A program made the translations under genes and the position numbers. A stretch of 64,000 nucleotides of DNA from Macrostomum lignano. Lineage: Eukaryota. Where the stretch lies: assembly GCA_002269645.1 (NCBI GenBank), contig NIVC01002665.1:62001-126000 (forward strand), given 5' to 3'. Below are positions 12,206-34,100 of this stretch, piece by piece (positions within the stretch are counted from its first letter, which is position 1; each line of letters starts with the position of its first letter). The notes beneath the pieces were generated by a model. The model made no database searches and was not told the DNA's origin. It worked only from the letters and a program-made list of their open reading frames with translations.

Positions 12206-13887
12206 TACTGCTGACGGGACACAATAGGGGGAACAGGACGGGATAGGAGTGGCCACTATGGCAGCATCCATATTTAAAGATTACTATTACAATCCTGCAG
12301 ACTCTATGAGCTGCAGGCTACAGAGCAACTGCTTATCCAACTCTTTAATAAAGCCTAATTCGGTTCATTGGTGCTGCAGGTTTGCTGTTTGCACTAGTCC
12401 TACTCGTAGTAGTCATTGCAGATAAAATTGCTTTGTCCGAAAAGTTGAAGTAGGTAGTACGCACTTGGACAGCTATTCTGAAGTTCAACAAACTGAAGGC
12501 AAAATATCGCAGTACTTTGTTATTTTACTATTAATTATCAAGGTCCGCTAGTTACTAAGGATTTTTGATTCTTACTAATTAGAACCCACAGTGTGTTGAA
12601 CAACACAATCTGTAGCATCAATGACGGGGTCTTGCTTTAATTTTTCTTTCTTTCAAATTCTACATTATATAGGGGTTTTTGCACTACTACAAGTAGCTAA
12701 CATATTAGTTAATTTGTAAACGCGTTTAACGCTGTATAACGCGGTACGGTGATTGCCTTTAGGGACACTTTGGCAAAGCAGCAAGCAAAATTTGCGACGT
12801 ATTAAATAAATACGGTAATGCTTATTTAAGCTCCCTTTGGGTAAGTTTCCCTGTGAGCATTTCTGATATAAATATTGGATTCTCTGACAGCTACTTGTGC
12901 ATTAATGTGATCATTTTTCAATTGTATGCTTTATTAGTTACAATAAATACCCGTTAACTATTAGAACGCTATTAAAGCGCCTTATTTAACTAGTAAAGTA
13001 AGCAAAGTACAACTCTACAGCAAAATCCTTGCTTTGGTATATGAAATAATTCATTGAAAATATTGATCAGCGACAATACGCGTACCTTCACTATTTAAGA
13101 ACAATAAATATAACGTATTAGTAATAATATTAATTATAATCGTCATCAGAGAGCCTATTTCTTTATTGAGTAATGAACAATTTTTGTACACTGTATATTC
13201 CAATCGATACAGTCCCTATCTGTTCGCGGTTATTTTATACCTGGCAGTAGTTAATAGTAGATGAAAGGAATATTAATTTGGACAACCAAAACAGAAGGCC
13301 GCTTGCACTCGCAAACCGTGCAAAATTTGCAATTTTCTAATTGAAAACGGAGAAAACACTCAAAATCAGTTGTGGTTCGCTGATTGGGATTTCGCTCAAG
13401 GATGGAAGCTGCGTTTTAGGAAAATTTAGAAGGCAGGTTGTACCAAAAATTCCTTACTTTTGAAAGCAGGCAGACCCAATTTTAACTTTTAGCTAATTTA
13501 TACCTATAACAAAATGTTAAAACAGATTCATAAAAAACCAATCAGTCGATTTGTGCCATTTTTCAATTATTTTAGGCATAGGACATGTACTTTACTTAGG
13601 ATATGAAATTAACATAGCGCATCTCTGACAAAACACAAACACAAAGTCAAAAAGATAAAGATATTGGGTATACCTCGCTAATGCAAAAACCACCGGCCTT
13701 CTCAGCCAGTGCAGCGGCCATCTGCTTGATATGGATTTGGTGGCAACAATTGCTGAAACTGAAAACCGACTTAATTCAAGAGAGATTAACAACTAGATCG
13801 CCCAGTAGTCATTGGTAATAAACAGCATTTACATTTAACAATGAAAATAATTGCACAGAGAGAACAGCAAGATCAAAGCATTTGAAC

Positions 13888-16800
13888 TCAAAGCCCGATG
13901 GAGATTAGCGGTCCGTAGGCGGCCTGCACTCGCAGCTGCACCCGGTACTCGGCGCACAGCATTCGCTCTTTCTGCAGCCGCTCAGCCAGGTCCGCGTTCT
14001 CCTTCACCAGCCGGTGATTGTCCTCGCGGAAGAAATGCCACTGCTCCAGCAGCGCTGAGTCGGATTCGTCTTCTGAATCGCTGGACGCGCTTGACGAAGT
14101 GTCCGGACAGTTGTCCGGGCCGCCGGCCGGCCGCTGGTCCCGGTTGGCCCATCGATCGATCTCGGCGCGCAGCCGGTCCATCTCCTGGCGCTCGCGGGCC
14201 ACCCGCATGCCGAGTTCGTCGGACAGCTGCGCCAGCTCCTCCTCCTCTAGGCGGAGGCGGCGGAGGTCCTCCACCACGGCTAGGAGGTCCGCCGTCTCCT
14301 CTTCTACCTCAGAGGCGCACAGCAGCTGGTTCTCCTCTTCCTCCAGCCTGTAGGCCAGCTGGTCCAGGTCCTGCAGTAGTTTATTAAAAAAATCATTTAT
14401 GAAGCTTTTCTAGTGACTTTAAACTCATCTAGGCTTCTCGAAACTCATCTACATGTAGAGACCCTCGGAAGTAAAAAAACCCTGTTACTCGTTTAGTGTG
14501 CTTATTAAACTTACTTGGAGACCCCGGTACACACAGACCCTTGAAATTCATCCCTATAGACACCCTGCCATTACTTTAGAGACACCCTGACATCCCTATA
14601 TAGACACCCTGGAATTCCTAGAGACACCTTGGCATTCCTATAGAGACACCTTGGAATTCCTATAGAGACACTCTGGCATTTCTATAGACACCCTGGCATT
14701 CCTATAGACACCCTGGCATTCTTATAGACACCCTGGCATCCCTATAGACACGCTGGCATTCCTATAGACACCCTGGCATCCCTAGAGACACCCTGGCATT
14801 CCTATAGACACCCTGGCATTCCTATAGACACCCTGGCATTCCTATAGACACCCTGGCATCCCTAGAGACACCCTGGCATTCCTATAGACACCCTGGCATC
14901 CCTAGACTGAGACACCCTGGCATTCCTATAGACACCCTGGCATTCCTATAGACACCCTGGCATTCCTATAGACACCCTGGCATTCCTATAGACACCCTGG
15001 CATTCCTATAGACACCCTGGCATCCCTAGAGACACCCTGGCATTCCTATAGACACCCTGGCATCCCTAGAGACACCCTGGCATTCCTATAGACAACCTGG
15101 CATCCCTAGACTGAGACACCCTGGAATTCCTATAGAGACACCCTGGCATTCCTATAGACACCCTGGCATCCATATCACGTAAGTGACAGTGTGCGCGAGC
15201 AGCATGTGGGTTTCCAAGAAGCCAGGGATTCACCTGACGCGCTTGACCATCGTCATCGTCAGCTTCCTCCTCCTCTTCCTCGGCTTCGTCTTCTTCGTAC
15301 TCGCCGTCGCCCTCCTCCGTCCCGGATTCGTCCGGCTCGTCTTCCTGAAGCTCCAAAGGCGGCGGGTTCCTGGTCAGCGCGTACAGCTCCACGTCTGTGT
15401 CCGTGTCGGCGATGGACGAGTCGCCGCAGCGGCTGCTCTCGCGCAGGCTGTCCAGCCGGTTGAGCGGCCCCGGCTCTGGCGGCGGAGCTTCGTACGGTTG
15501 CGGCGGCTCCTGTGGCGGCTCCGGCGGCGAAGGCTGCGGCGGAGGCTGCTGCTGAGGTTGAGGCTGAGGCAGAGTCTGCGGCTGCTGAGATTGCGGCTGA
15601 GGCAGCGGCTGCTGTACTGATGACGGCTGGGTTTGCTGAACTTGCTCCGGCGCTTGAGGGAGCTGCGGCGTCTCCGCGGTGCCACTTGGCTGGTGCACCT
15701 TCAAGCGCGAATGATTGAGAAATTCAACAATGCGACCTTGCTTAAGTCGTCATATTTTATCACTGCGTGTGCAACACTGCCCATCACCTAGGGGAAGCTT
15801 CTAGACCAGGGGTCGGCAAACGCCGGCCCACAAGCGCGAAGCTTCTCTATCCGGCCCTCGGTCCTTTGAAACTTCAAAATAGCAATCTGGCACTCTTCTC
15901 TCTAATCTACTCTCTCTTCTCTTTTTTATCTCCTCTCTCCATTCCTTCCCTTCCCTCTCCTCTCCTTCTCTGCTATGCTCTCCTCTTCTCTCTTATCTCC
16001 TCTCTTTTCTTCCTTTCTCTCCTCTCTCGCCTCTCCTCTCCTCTCCTCCATCCTCTCCTATCTTCTCCTCTCTTCGCCTCGCCTCGCCTCTTCTTTCTCC
16101 TATCTCTCATCTCACTTTCTATTCCCTCTCCTCTCTCCCCCCTCTGACCCGCAGTAGTCATGCGCTGGGTTTTCTAACTGGGCTCGGAGGTAAAAAGTTT
16201 GCCGACCCCTGTTCTGGACCTTCATCAAGGTGACGCTGTTAACGTTTAGCAATATCCAGATTCCCAGCATGGGTTTCTGTGTGCTTGGACAATTTTTGGA
16301 CAGCTGCCAAGCTTTACTCTGCTCTGTTATATGTTTCCAAAGTTGGCATCACCTGTACATTAACCCGCCGCAGAGCCAGATTGAGTTCGAGATTCTCCTC
16401 CAGAGCGGTCATGTCCGGTCGGATGCCGCTGCCAGGAGTTGGGAACGACGGCGATTTGGCGATGCCGCCGGCGGCGCTGTTCACGTGATCGGCCGACGCG
16501 CTGCCGCGGATGCTGCCGGCGCCTGCGACGCTGGCTGTCGCTCCCGAGGCCGGGCCGCCTGGCAGGCTGGGCCTGGCGCGCCGGCAGTTTTTCTCAGCTT
16601 CCGTTTGAGCATAGTGATGGTGCGCTGCACCTCCCACAGCTGGTCCTGCGTCTCCTGATCGTCGGTTGGACAGCCGGTCAGGGTGGCGTGTAGCCGGTTT
16701 AGCGATGTCTCCTGCTTGAGCAGCTCGCTTTCGATGGCTGCGGGCGATTGGTTTAAACTACCTGGAGTGCTCAGTTCTGTGTTGCAGCCTCACGGCTTTA

Positions 16801-18364
16801 CCTTCATACGGCTTGATTTTAACAAGTTTCGCGAAGGAGAGACAATTTAAAAAATAGATTGGGGCCATTTTAACAATAGATAAGCTTCAGAAAGGGGCCA
16901 TTTTAACAATAGATAAGCTTTAGAAAGGGGCCATTTTAACAAAGATAAGCTTCAGAAAGGGGCCATTTTAACAAAAGATAAGCTTCAGAAAGGGGCCATT
17001 TTAACAAAAGATAAGCTTCAGAAAGGGGCCATTTTAACAAAAGATAAGCTTCAGAAAGGGGCCATTTTAACAATAGATAAGCTTCAGAAAGGGGCCATTT
17101 TAACAATAGATAAGCTTCGGAAAGGGGCCATTTTAACAATAGATAAGCTTCAGGGAGGGGATTTTATCAGTGCTATGGAAGGCACTTCCCCTAGATACAG
17201 CGCTATGTGAAACTACTCACCCTCGATGTCGTCCATTTCAATCAGACTCTTCTTCGTTTAAGCGCCGTGACAACCCGTTGTACCTCCCAGATCAAGTTGG
17301 ATTTGTCCTGCGAGTCCAGGCCGTCCGACTTCAGGGCGCTCAGCTCTTGGTGCAGCCATTCTAGCAGGGACTCCTGGCACGTTTAGCGGCTTATTCAATT
17401 AGATAGCTCTATAATGTCTAAGGATCTGAATCCTACTTTACGGCCTTCAGGGGAGCAAATACAGCCCACTTCCGGTCAGTCAGATAGGCCACTACCTACT
17501 TCCGGTGAGTCAGATAGGCCACTACCCATTTCCGGTCAGTCAGATAGGCCACTACCCTCTTGCGGCCATTCAGATAGGCCACTACCTACTTCCGGTCATT
17601 CAGATAGGCCACTACCTACTTCCGGTTATTCAGATAGGCCACTACCCACTTCCGGTCATTCAGATAGGCCACTACCCACTTCCGGTCATTCAGATAGGCC
17701 ACTACCACCCACTTCCGGTGAGTTAGGTGGGCTACTACCCACTTCCGGTCATTCAGATAGACCACTACCTACTTCCAGTCTGTCAGTCATTCAGATTTGG
17801 TACGATTTTATTCCAGTAATTCAGATAAGCCACTGGCCGACTACTCACTTCCATTTAGCAGCCAAATTATAATCACCTGTTTAGCCAGCTCAGCCTCCAC
17901 ATCCTCAAGCGTCTCCGGAATCTCCATACGCGCCTGCGGTCTCAGCGGTGCCACGTAGCGTTTAATAACAACACCGGAGAACAATTCATCTAGGTGAGAG
18001 AAGAACACGTGCAACACCTTGTGCGATATTTGCATAGTGGGACTGAGCACTATGCTCACGTTCTGCAAGCTCATCTTATTCTGGGCCTGATGCGCCACCA
18101 CGTGCGACATGTGCAGCAGGGTGTAGGCCAGCAGCATATAGTTGGGCGCCGGCAGAGAGGATAGCAACCGTTGGAATGTTTCAACCTTCTGCTTCGGATC
18201 CCGGATGCTCCAGGACCCTTCAAACTCCGGCAGCAATTTTCGGTGAGCACGCATTCCGGCAGCTCCCGGATGAAGTTCTTGACGACGCTGGCTACTACGA
18301 ATGGATCGTAGTCGGATAGTTCAACAGAGAGGTGCAGATTGTAGGCCCGGATGATGGCCTGCAC
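13888..18364 (-). CDS. RALBP1: RalA-binding protein 1 (RhoGAP, two Ral-binding domains, coiled coil); 5' end in gap
   Basis: Exons 18364-17877, 17373-17221, 16737-16353, 15698-15234, 14370-13888, phases 0,1,0,0. RhoGAP ..KMSLQNVSIVLSPTMQISHKVLHVFFSH; WEVQR twice; ERQEMDRLRAEI; RVQLR. Three 1-nt homopolymer deletions (about 18238, 17253, 16590) must be corrected. Confidence 0.92.
14575..15172. repeat. 20-bp minisatellite, RALBP1 last intron
   Basis: Unit gacaccctggcattcctata. Confidence 0.95.
15807..16211. mobile_element. hAT (Charlie/MER58-like) MITE with internal CT-rich expansion
   Basis: TIRs caggggtcggcaaac / gtttgccgacccctg; 8-bp flanks TTCTAGAC and TTCTGGAC (7/8), fitting the NTCTAGAN target; CT-rich tract 15890-16145. 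Confidence 0.88.
16861..17160. repeat. 33-bp minisatellite, RALBP1 intron
   Basis: Unit ggggccattttaacaatagataagcttcagaaa. Confidence 0.95.
17466..17850. repeat. 30-bp minisatellite, RALBP1 intron
   Basis: Unit tcagataggccactacccacttccggtcat. Confidence 0.95.
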
Positions 18365-19286
18365 NNNNNNNNNNNNNNNNNNNNNNNNNNNNNNNNNNNN
18401 NNNNNNNNNNNNNNNNNNNNNNNNNNNNNNNNNNNNNNNNNNNNNNNNNNNNNNNNNNNNNNNNNNNNNNNNNNNNNNNNNNNNNNNNNNNNNNNNNNNN
18501 NNNNNNNNNNNNNNNNNNNNNNNNNNNNNNNNNNNNNNNNNNNNNNNNNNNNNNNNNNNNNNNNNNNNNNNNNNNNNNNNNNNNNNNNNNNNNNNNNNNN
18601 NNNNNNNNNNNNNNNNNNNNNNNNNNNNNNNNNNNNNNNNNNNNNNNNNNNNNNNNNNNNNNNNNNNNNNNNNNNNNNNNNNNNNNNNNNNNNNNNNNNN
18701 NNNNNNNNNNNNNNNNNNNNNNNNNNNNNNNNNNNNNNNNNNNNNNNNNNNNNNNNNNNNNNNNNNNNNNNNNNNNNNNNNNNNNNNNNNNNNNNNNNNN
18801 NNNNNNNNNNNNNNNNNNNNNNNNNNNNNNNNNNNNNNNNNNNNNNNNNNNNNNNNNNNNNNNNNNNNNNNNNNNNNNNNNNNNNNNNNNNNNNNNNNNN
18901 NNNNNNNNNNNNNNNNNNNNNNNNNNNNNNNNNNNNNNNNNNNNNNNNNNNNNNNNNNNNNNNNNNNNNNNNNNNNNNNNNNNNNNNNNNNNNNNNNNNN
19001 NNNNNNNNNNNNNNNNNNNNNNNNNNNNNNNNNNNNNNNNNNNNNNNNNNNNNNNNNNNNNNNNNNNNNNNNNNNNNNNNNNNNNNNNNNNNNNNNNNNN
19101 NNNNNNNNNNNNNNNNNNNNNNNNNNNNNNNNNNNNNNNNNNNNNNNNNNNNNNNNNNNNNNNNNNNNNNNNNNNNNNNNNNNNNNNNNNNNNNNNNNNN
19201 NNNNNNNNNNNNNNNNNNNNNNNNNNNNNNNNNNNNNNNNNNNNNNNNNNNNNNNNNNNNNNNNNNNNNNNNNNNNNNNNNNNNNN
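18365..19286. other. Assembly gap (922 N)
   Basis: Run of N; must contain the WDR13 stop and the RALBP1 5' part. Confidence 0.99.
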
Positions 19287-28032
<8,746 letters not shown>

Positions 28033-30073
28033 GGCAATGATTGAAATTGGCTGAGATCAGTCTAAACAAAGTAAAATCTGATCGACCAGGAATTGACAGT
28101 GAAGATAGTTATTGTGTCATTAATAATGTTTTACCTAGCCTTAACAAGCCAAATTAGCTTTTATTGATAAGTCAAAGAACCAATAAATTCTACATGGAGC
28201 CTAAAAACGTATTTATTTTAATCTGGCTAATCTCTAATCACATAATTAGACAAATTGAATAGTAATATTTTGCTTTTAAAAATGTGTTAATCTATTTTAT
28301 TCTATTTGATTTTAGTGCAGTACTATTTCAAAAACATTATTTGTAAAGATTACTAAATATATTTAATATACAATTGATGTTTTCTGTCACTTTTAAAAGT
28401 TATTAGATAAAATTTTTTTTACCATTTTATAGCCAATATTATATGTACAAATATAAAAATAAGGATAAGAATTGAGTAAGTAACAAACTACTGTCTAGTC
28501 TAGAGAACCTAGATGTAATTGTAATATTTTTTCTAGAATCCTATTTTGCAGTAATTTTTTTGCAATTTAATTTGCGTTCGTATAAGTTCTATAATGCTTT
28601 ACATAACAGAGAATTCCCTTAAAAGCTATTTTTCAAGCATTTGAAAAGCTATTCTCAAGAGAATTCTTATTTAACAGAAATATATAAGGATTTTCATCAC
28701 AAACCCTGTTTTTTCAAACGATAGTCCAAGCTAATACTAACCTTCCGAACAATCCTAACAAACTGATCGAACCTATAATCTTAAATATCGAAATCAACAG
28801 TAGATTTGTGTGAACTACTAAACCGTGCAAGTTAAAAACAAGGACAACCAAAGTCGTCCTTGGTTAAAAACTGAATAACTCTTTGAAGTTGAATTTGCGC
28901 TTCCTCGAAAATAAAAATTCGCCAAGCATAATAACAAGTGTGATACATTTTTTAGCAACAGGTTCATAAAAATGCTTTTACAATTGTAAATTCGTCAAAA
29001 AGTTTTTTTATTGTTTTTTTTCTGCACTGATAGTAGCAAAGAGCTTTAAACTTTGAATGGCGTCTAAATAATTTAGTTTTTCATTTTTTGTTGAATATCA
29101 GTCGATCGACCCCACTTCCATAACTTAAAGTTTACAAGAGAACTCGTTAACTATTGGTTAAGAATTTGTTTACCACTGTTTCAATATGTTTTAAGCGAAT
29201 ACAGATAATTGTCAATGCATGTTAAAGTCTATACATTTGAGTAACTACATACTAAATAAGCTTCTCTTAGCTTTTTTTAGCTTAAAGCTAATTCTTTTTG
29301 AAGAATAATCTAGATAAAATGATATTTAAAATTTTTAACTCCAATATTGTGCTGTTTCTATCTTTTTTATGTTCATTTGGTATAAAATTAAGTTCTGTGA
29401 GTTTTTTGCTCCTTAGACTTAGTATGCAAGCTTTATTTTTATACATATTATTTTTATTTTATTTAATGACTAGAAATTTACACTTACCTCTTACACGCAG
29501 AAAAAAAATATGCGAGTAATTATAGGAAAAATATGAGTTATTAAAAATTATAAGAAGCCATAAAAAGCGCTGATTGCTTTTGCACTAGTGCATTGTTGTT
29601 TATTCGGGTCTAAATTCTAAAAAAGGATGTCTTTGAAGGTGGTGGATCAACTAGCTAGTCAAGTATTGATGTAGATAAAGTACATATGATAGCCAAAATA
29701 ATTTTGAATCTAAGTTTTCATTAGTCATTTTCAAAAGACTTCATTTGGATTTTTCAAGAAATTTTGGGTTTGAAATGTCCAAGTACATCTACAAGTAGTT
29801 AATTACTACATGAGTTTGCCAGCTGTATCGTATAATATCAATGTAGCAAATTATTTACATTGCAGTACTGAAGTCCTTATGTATTATTAGCGTACTACAA
29901 ATTATCATTGGAATATTTTATATGTGCATTTTAATTTTATTGAGAGAATTTACAGCTAGCAGGAATTGTCAATTTAAGCGCCGAATTGAAACCGGATATT
30001 AATTGCCCATAGTCGGAGAAGACTCCGAATTTTTTTAAAAGGGCAAAATGCAGCCTAGCCTTCCCTCTGGGGT

Positions 30074-30242
30074 GGGTTTCACAAACGCAAAATTTCACAA
30101 CCGCTAAAAGCACTTGCTTTCATAACCGTGAAACTTCACAACCGCAAAACTTCACAACCGCAAATTTTTTTGCACTTATTATACTTTCATGTACTGCAGT
30201 CTTTTTAGCGGTTGTGAAGTTTCGCGTTTATGAAAGCAACCC
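30074..30242. mobile_element. Short foldback/MITE-like element
   Basis: Left gggtttcacaaacgcaaaatttcacaaccgctaaaag versus reverse complement of right end gggttgctttcataaacgcgaaacttcacaaccgctaaaaag; internal ttcacaaccgc repeats. Confidence 0.65.
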
Positions 30243-31108
30243 ATAAAAATATAGAGATTATAAACGTATCGGGTTCCGAGTATCCCGTGTTGAAATGAAT
30301 TGAGCACGAGGTTAGATAAGTTGACAAATTCCAGATGGTGCGTGTACACACTTTTTAATTTAACTACTCGAAAGTAGTATGAACAACAATGAACAATTGT
30401 TCAGGTACACAAACACAAACACGCAAGTGAACACAAATTAGGCTCAAATGAATTTGTACGCACAATTGGCGCAGCAATGCCTCACCATGCACACAGCGCC
30501 CACCCCTGACTTTGGCTATACTGTGTGTCCTGCTGGTTGCTAATGAGAGCTGCCTGCGAAATAAATCCAGCTTTAGGGCTGGCTGCGGCAATTTTCTTAT
30601 TCTGTGCATGGCAATCTCCATTGAAATTGCGATCCGCTCCTTAGACTTAGAGTAGAGTAGAGTGCTTTTTTTTGGGGGGGGGGGAGGCTGCAATGACTCG
30701 CTCTGCTTGCATCGCGCTGCCTTCTCCGTCACCGCCACCTCCCCCTCCTTCTCTTGCACCCCCCCCCCCCGACTCCTGGCTCAGACAGGCAAGAAAAAGC
30801 AAACCAGGCAGCAAGCAAGCAATTTTAGTGAATGCAGAGTGGCGCACACTGAAGGTTGGGACCAAGGGTCATACCAGCAGTACATCTGGCTGCCTCTTCT
30901 CCCCAGCTGTTTGCTCAAACTCAAGCAGCCACCCCCTCACACACACAAGCTGTGCAATCTCGGCACTACTCAAAACTCTCTCTCCGCAGCTGCCCGGCTC
31001 AACTCGGCCTCGTCCCTGCGAAGGTGGTGGCCGCGCAGTAATTAATTGGCATCATAAATTAACAGAAATCCTCAGCTGAGGCCGCGCTCGCCATCACTGA
31101 AGGCCCCA

Positions 31109-34100
31109 ATGTCTTCTCCGTCCGGCCAGCGGCGTCGCGGAGTCGAGCCCGACCTCGGCGACATCGACGTCGGCGGCAGCATGCCAATTGGCGACATTCT
31201 CAGCAGCTCGGACGACGCCATGACGCCGCCTGGCCGAGCCCGGCCAACCACCGCGCTGGGGCTGGTCCGCCCGGCCGGGCTGGCCCTGTCCGAGGAGCTT
31301 CTCCAGCAGAGAGTTGGCGGTTCATCAGTGCGGAGCGACGACATCACAGTCAGCTCCATGCCGGACAACAGCAGCTTCAGCTTGCCGGGGGAGCCGCTGA
31401 CGGGCTGGCGGAAGGTGAGCGCAATTCGATACTGATGAAGCTGGCGAATAAGCGGTGCATTTAATGTGGGATTCTGCCCAATCAATCAACCCTGCGAGGG
31501 CCAAATGCATGTGTTGTACATGCTGTGAGCATGTGCCTGTACCTGTGTATGCTCAGGGCTCAGCGAGATTTTGATTTGCCCAAAGCATGCAACTAAGTGA
31601 ATAATTGTTTTAAATTTATCTAACAGTGAGTTTTGCTTGCATTGCTGCTACTAACTTTGGAGCGGCTGCTGTTGCATCCAGATTCTAATACATGAGGGGC
31701 TTCCTTTGCTCAGGGGCGGTAGCCTAGTGGTTAGAGCGTCAGACTCACGACTTGAAGGTCGGGGGTTCGATTCTCGATCCACTCGGAACAATTTGTGTCC
31801 TTGAGCAAGACACTTAACTCTCACCCAGCTGTAAAATGGGTGCCAACATTAGCTGGGGAAATTGAGGGTGTGTGTGGCGACCCCCCAGTCCTTGGACTGT
31901 ACAGCCGTACGCAGCCTTCAGATGCGCCGCGCAATAGCTGCGGCTGAGCTGTCGGTTGCACATCTGGCCATTAGGACATCTTACATATTGAAAAGCTTTT
32001 AACCGACCATTAAATATGGACGAACCAGAGGAAAGTAATACCGCTATTTCTTGTGAAAACATAGGAGATTTCACATCCATTCTGCCCCTAGTAGTTGAAT
32101 CCTTGAGACTTAAAGTGTGTAGCTGCGATCCCATTGACAACTCTAGAGCTTAAAAGCTAATCCAATAGTGTTTTTAATACAAGAATTTCAAATATTAACT
32201 GCGAGATCTAACATTCGCTACTAACACAATTCGCCCTAAACTGCTGTTTAATGCGTTTGCGTTCAATTCAGCGAGTTGAACTGCAGGAGGCGTTCCAGTC
32301 GCTTAGCGACCCCATCGCTTCGCCTCGGCTGCCTAAATTGGCGCGCGGAGGCGGCGGCGCCAATCAGGCGCCACACCTCATGGCGCCCTCGCCGCCGCCG
32401 CCCCCTCCGCAAACATTGGCTGGAGCCGCTCGCGACAGCGCCGATACCACACTGGCGTCGAGCTTTGACTCTTCAGTAAGAGGCCGGACTCGCTGATCCG
32501 GTGCCGCAATTTACTTTTTGGTCGCTGCTTGCTTTGCCTTTTCTGTTATTTATTTTGCTGAATATTGCACTTGGCGGCTCTGGCGATGTTCATTCTAGAC
32601 AGGGGCGCCTAATCACATAGGTCTATACTAGGGGGTGCCTATTCACATAGGTCTATACTAGGGGGCGCCTAATCACATAGGTCTATACTAGGGGGCGCCT
32701 ATTCACATAGTTCTATACTAGGTGGCGCATATTCACATAGTTCTATACTAGGGGGCGCCTATTCACATAGTTCTATACTAGGGGGCGCCTATTCACATAG
32801 TTCTATACTAGGAGGCGCCTATTCACATAATTCTAGATTAGGGGTGCCTACGCAGGGTCGCCTTGTCACTATGAAATGCTTACTTTCTATTTATTTTCTA
32901 TCGTAATATTTAATGACTGCTAAGCCTGAATTCACTAATTGGTTTCATTGCATCACCCTAATTTATAAATTTTGCTGCTGTCACTCTATGCTGCTTAATT
33001 TCTATTTATTTCTTATTGATTTTTTAATTACCCACATAAATCCAGCAGAATATTTCTTTTAAAGTGCATTCTGTTCATATTTAATCAAGCAAAATCTAAC
33101 TAGAAGCGGAAGGCCTGAGCGCTATCGATTCGATTGCATCGCACGTTTCATTCACCGCTCCAATCACATTAGATGGCCGCTTAAATCCATCTAATAGAGG
33201 GAGGGCAAGGGGGCCGTCTCAGTAGGATGGCAAAAAAACTATAGCGCTTTCCTATGATGGCGCTCCCCCCCACGATGGCGCTTCGCCGCGATGGCGCTCC
33301 CCCCACGATGGCGCTTCCCCACGATGGCGCTTCCCCACGATGGCGCTCCTCCCACGATGGCGCTTCCCCACGATGGCGCTTCCCCACGATGGCGCTCCCC
33401 CACGATGGCGCTTCCCCACGATGGCGCTTCCCCACGATGGCGCTTCTCCCACGATGGCGCTTCCCCACGATGGCGCTTCCCCACGATGGCGCTTCTCCCA
33501 CGATGGCGCTCCTCCCACGATGGCGCTTCCCCACGATGGCGCCCTGTTTAGCGCTCAAATTCGGAAAGGTCAATAAAACTTGCGAAGCGCATCAGCAAAA
33601 AATCGCAAAATTTACGAGTCTAAGAGTCCTTCCGTTATAGCTAGTCGCCTGCGAGCTCTTAGCCAAAGAACACACGCCGCACTTGCTACTATACGCAGTA
33701 GTAAACCTGTGCAAATTTATTGCAATCGTGAATTTTACAGGAATACGCCTCCCAGAAGCGGGAGCTGTCCAGACTAAGCGAAGAATCGGCAGCCGCGGCG
33801 GCGGCAGCGGCCAGCGTTGGCGAATTGCGCGAAGAGAACGCCTGCCTGCAGCACGACCTGGACGCGCTGGTTCGTGCCGTGAAATCGGCAAGGTCAACCG
33901 GCCGACTGGAGTTCGATCGAGGCAAATTCCTCGCCCTGGACCCCGAGTCCGTGTTCGGCGGCACCGGCAGCACGGTGGACTTCCTGTCTTCGGCGCCGTC
34001 TACTCAGGTGAGCGCTTTTTGCTGCTATTTTCTGTCCATTTTTTTGGACTCATGCACTTATGGACTACTATAAGTAGCGTAATACTCAGATTGACAGCAA

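Noticed and set aside
31072-31485. Minus-strand 137-aa ORF and other GC-rich antisense ORFs over exons
   Set aside because: Shadow frames; splice signals and phase continuity support the opposite strand
31713-31785. Functional tRNA genes at 31713, 51713, 53212 or 8739
   Set aside because: Stems are incomplete or mismatched, and each head continues into a SINE body or is truncated
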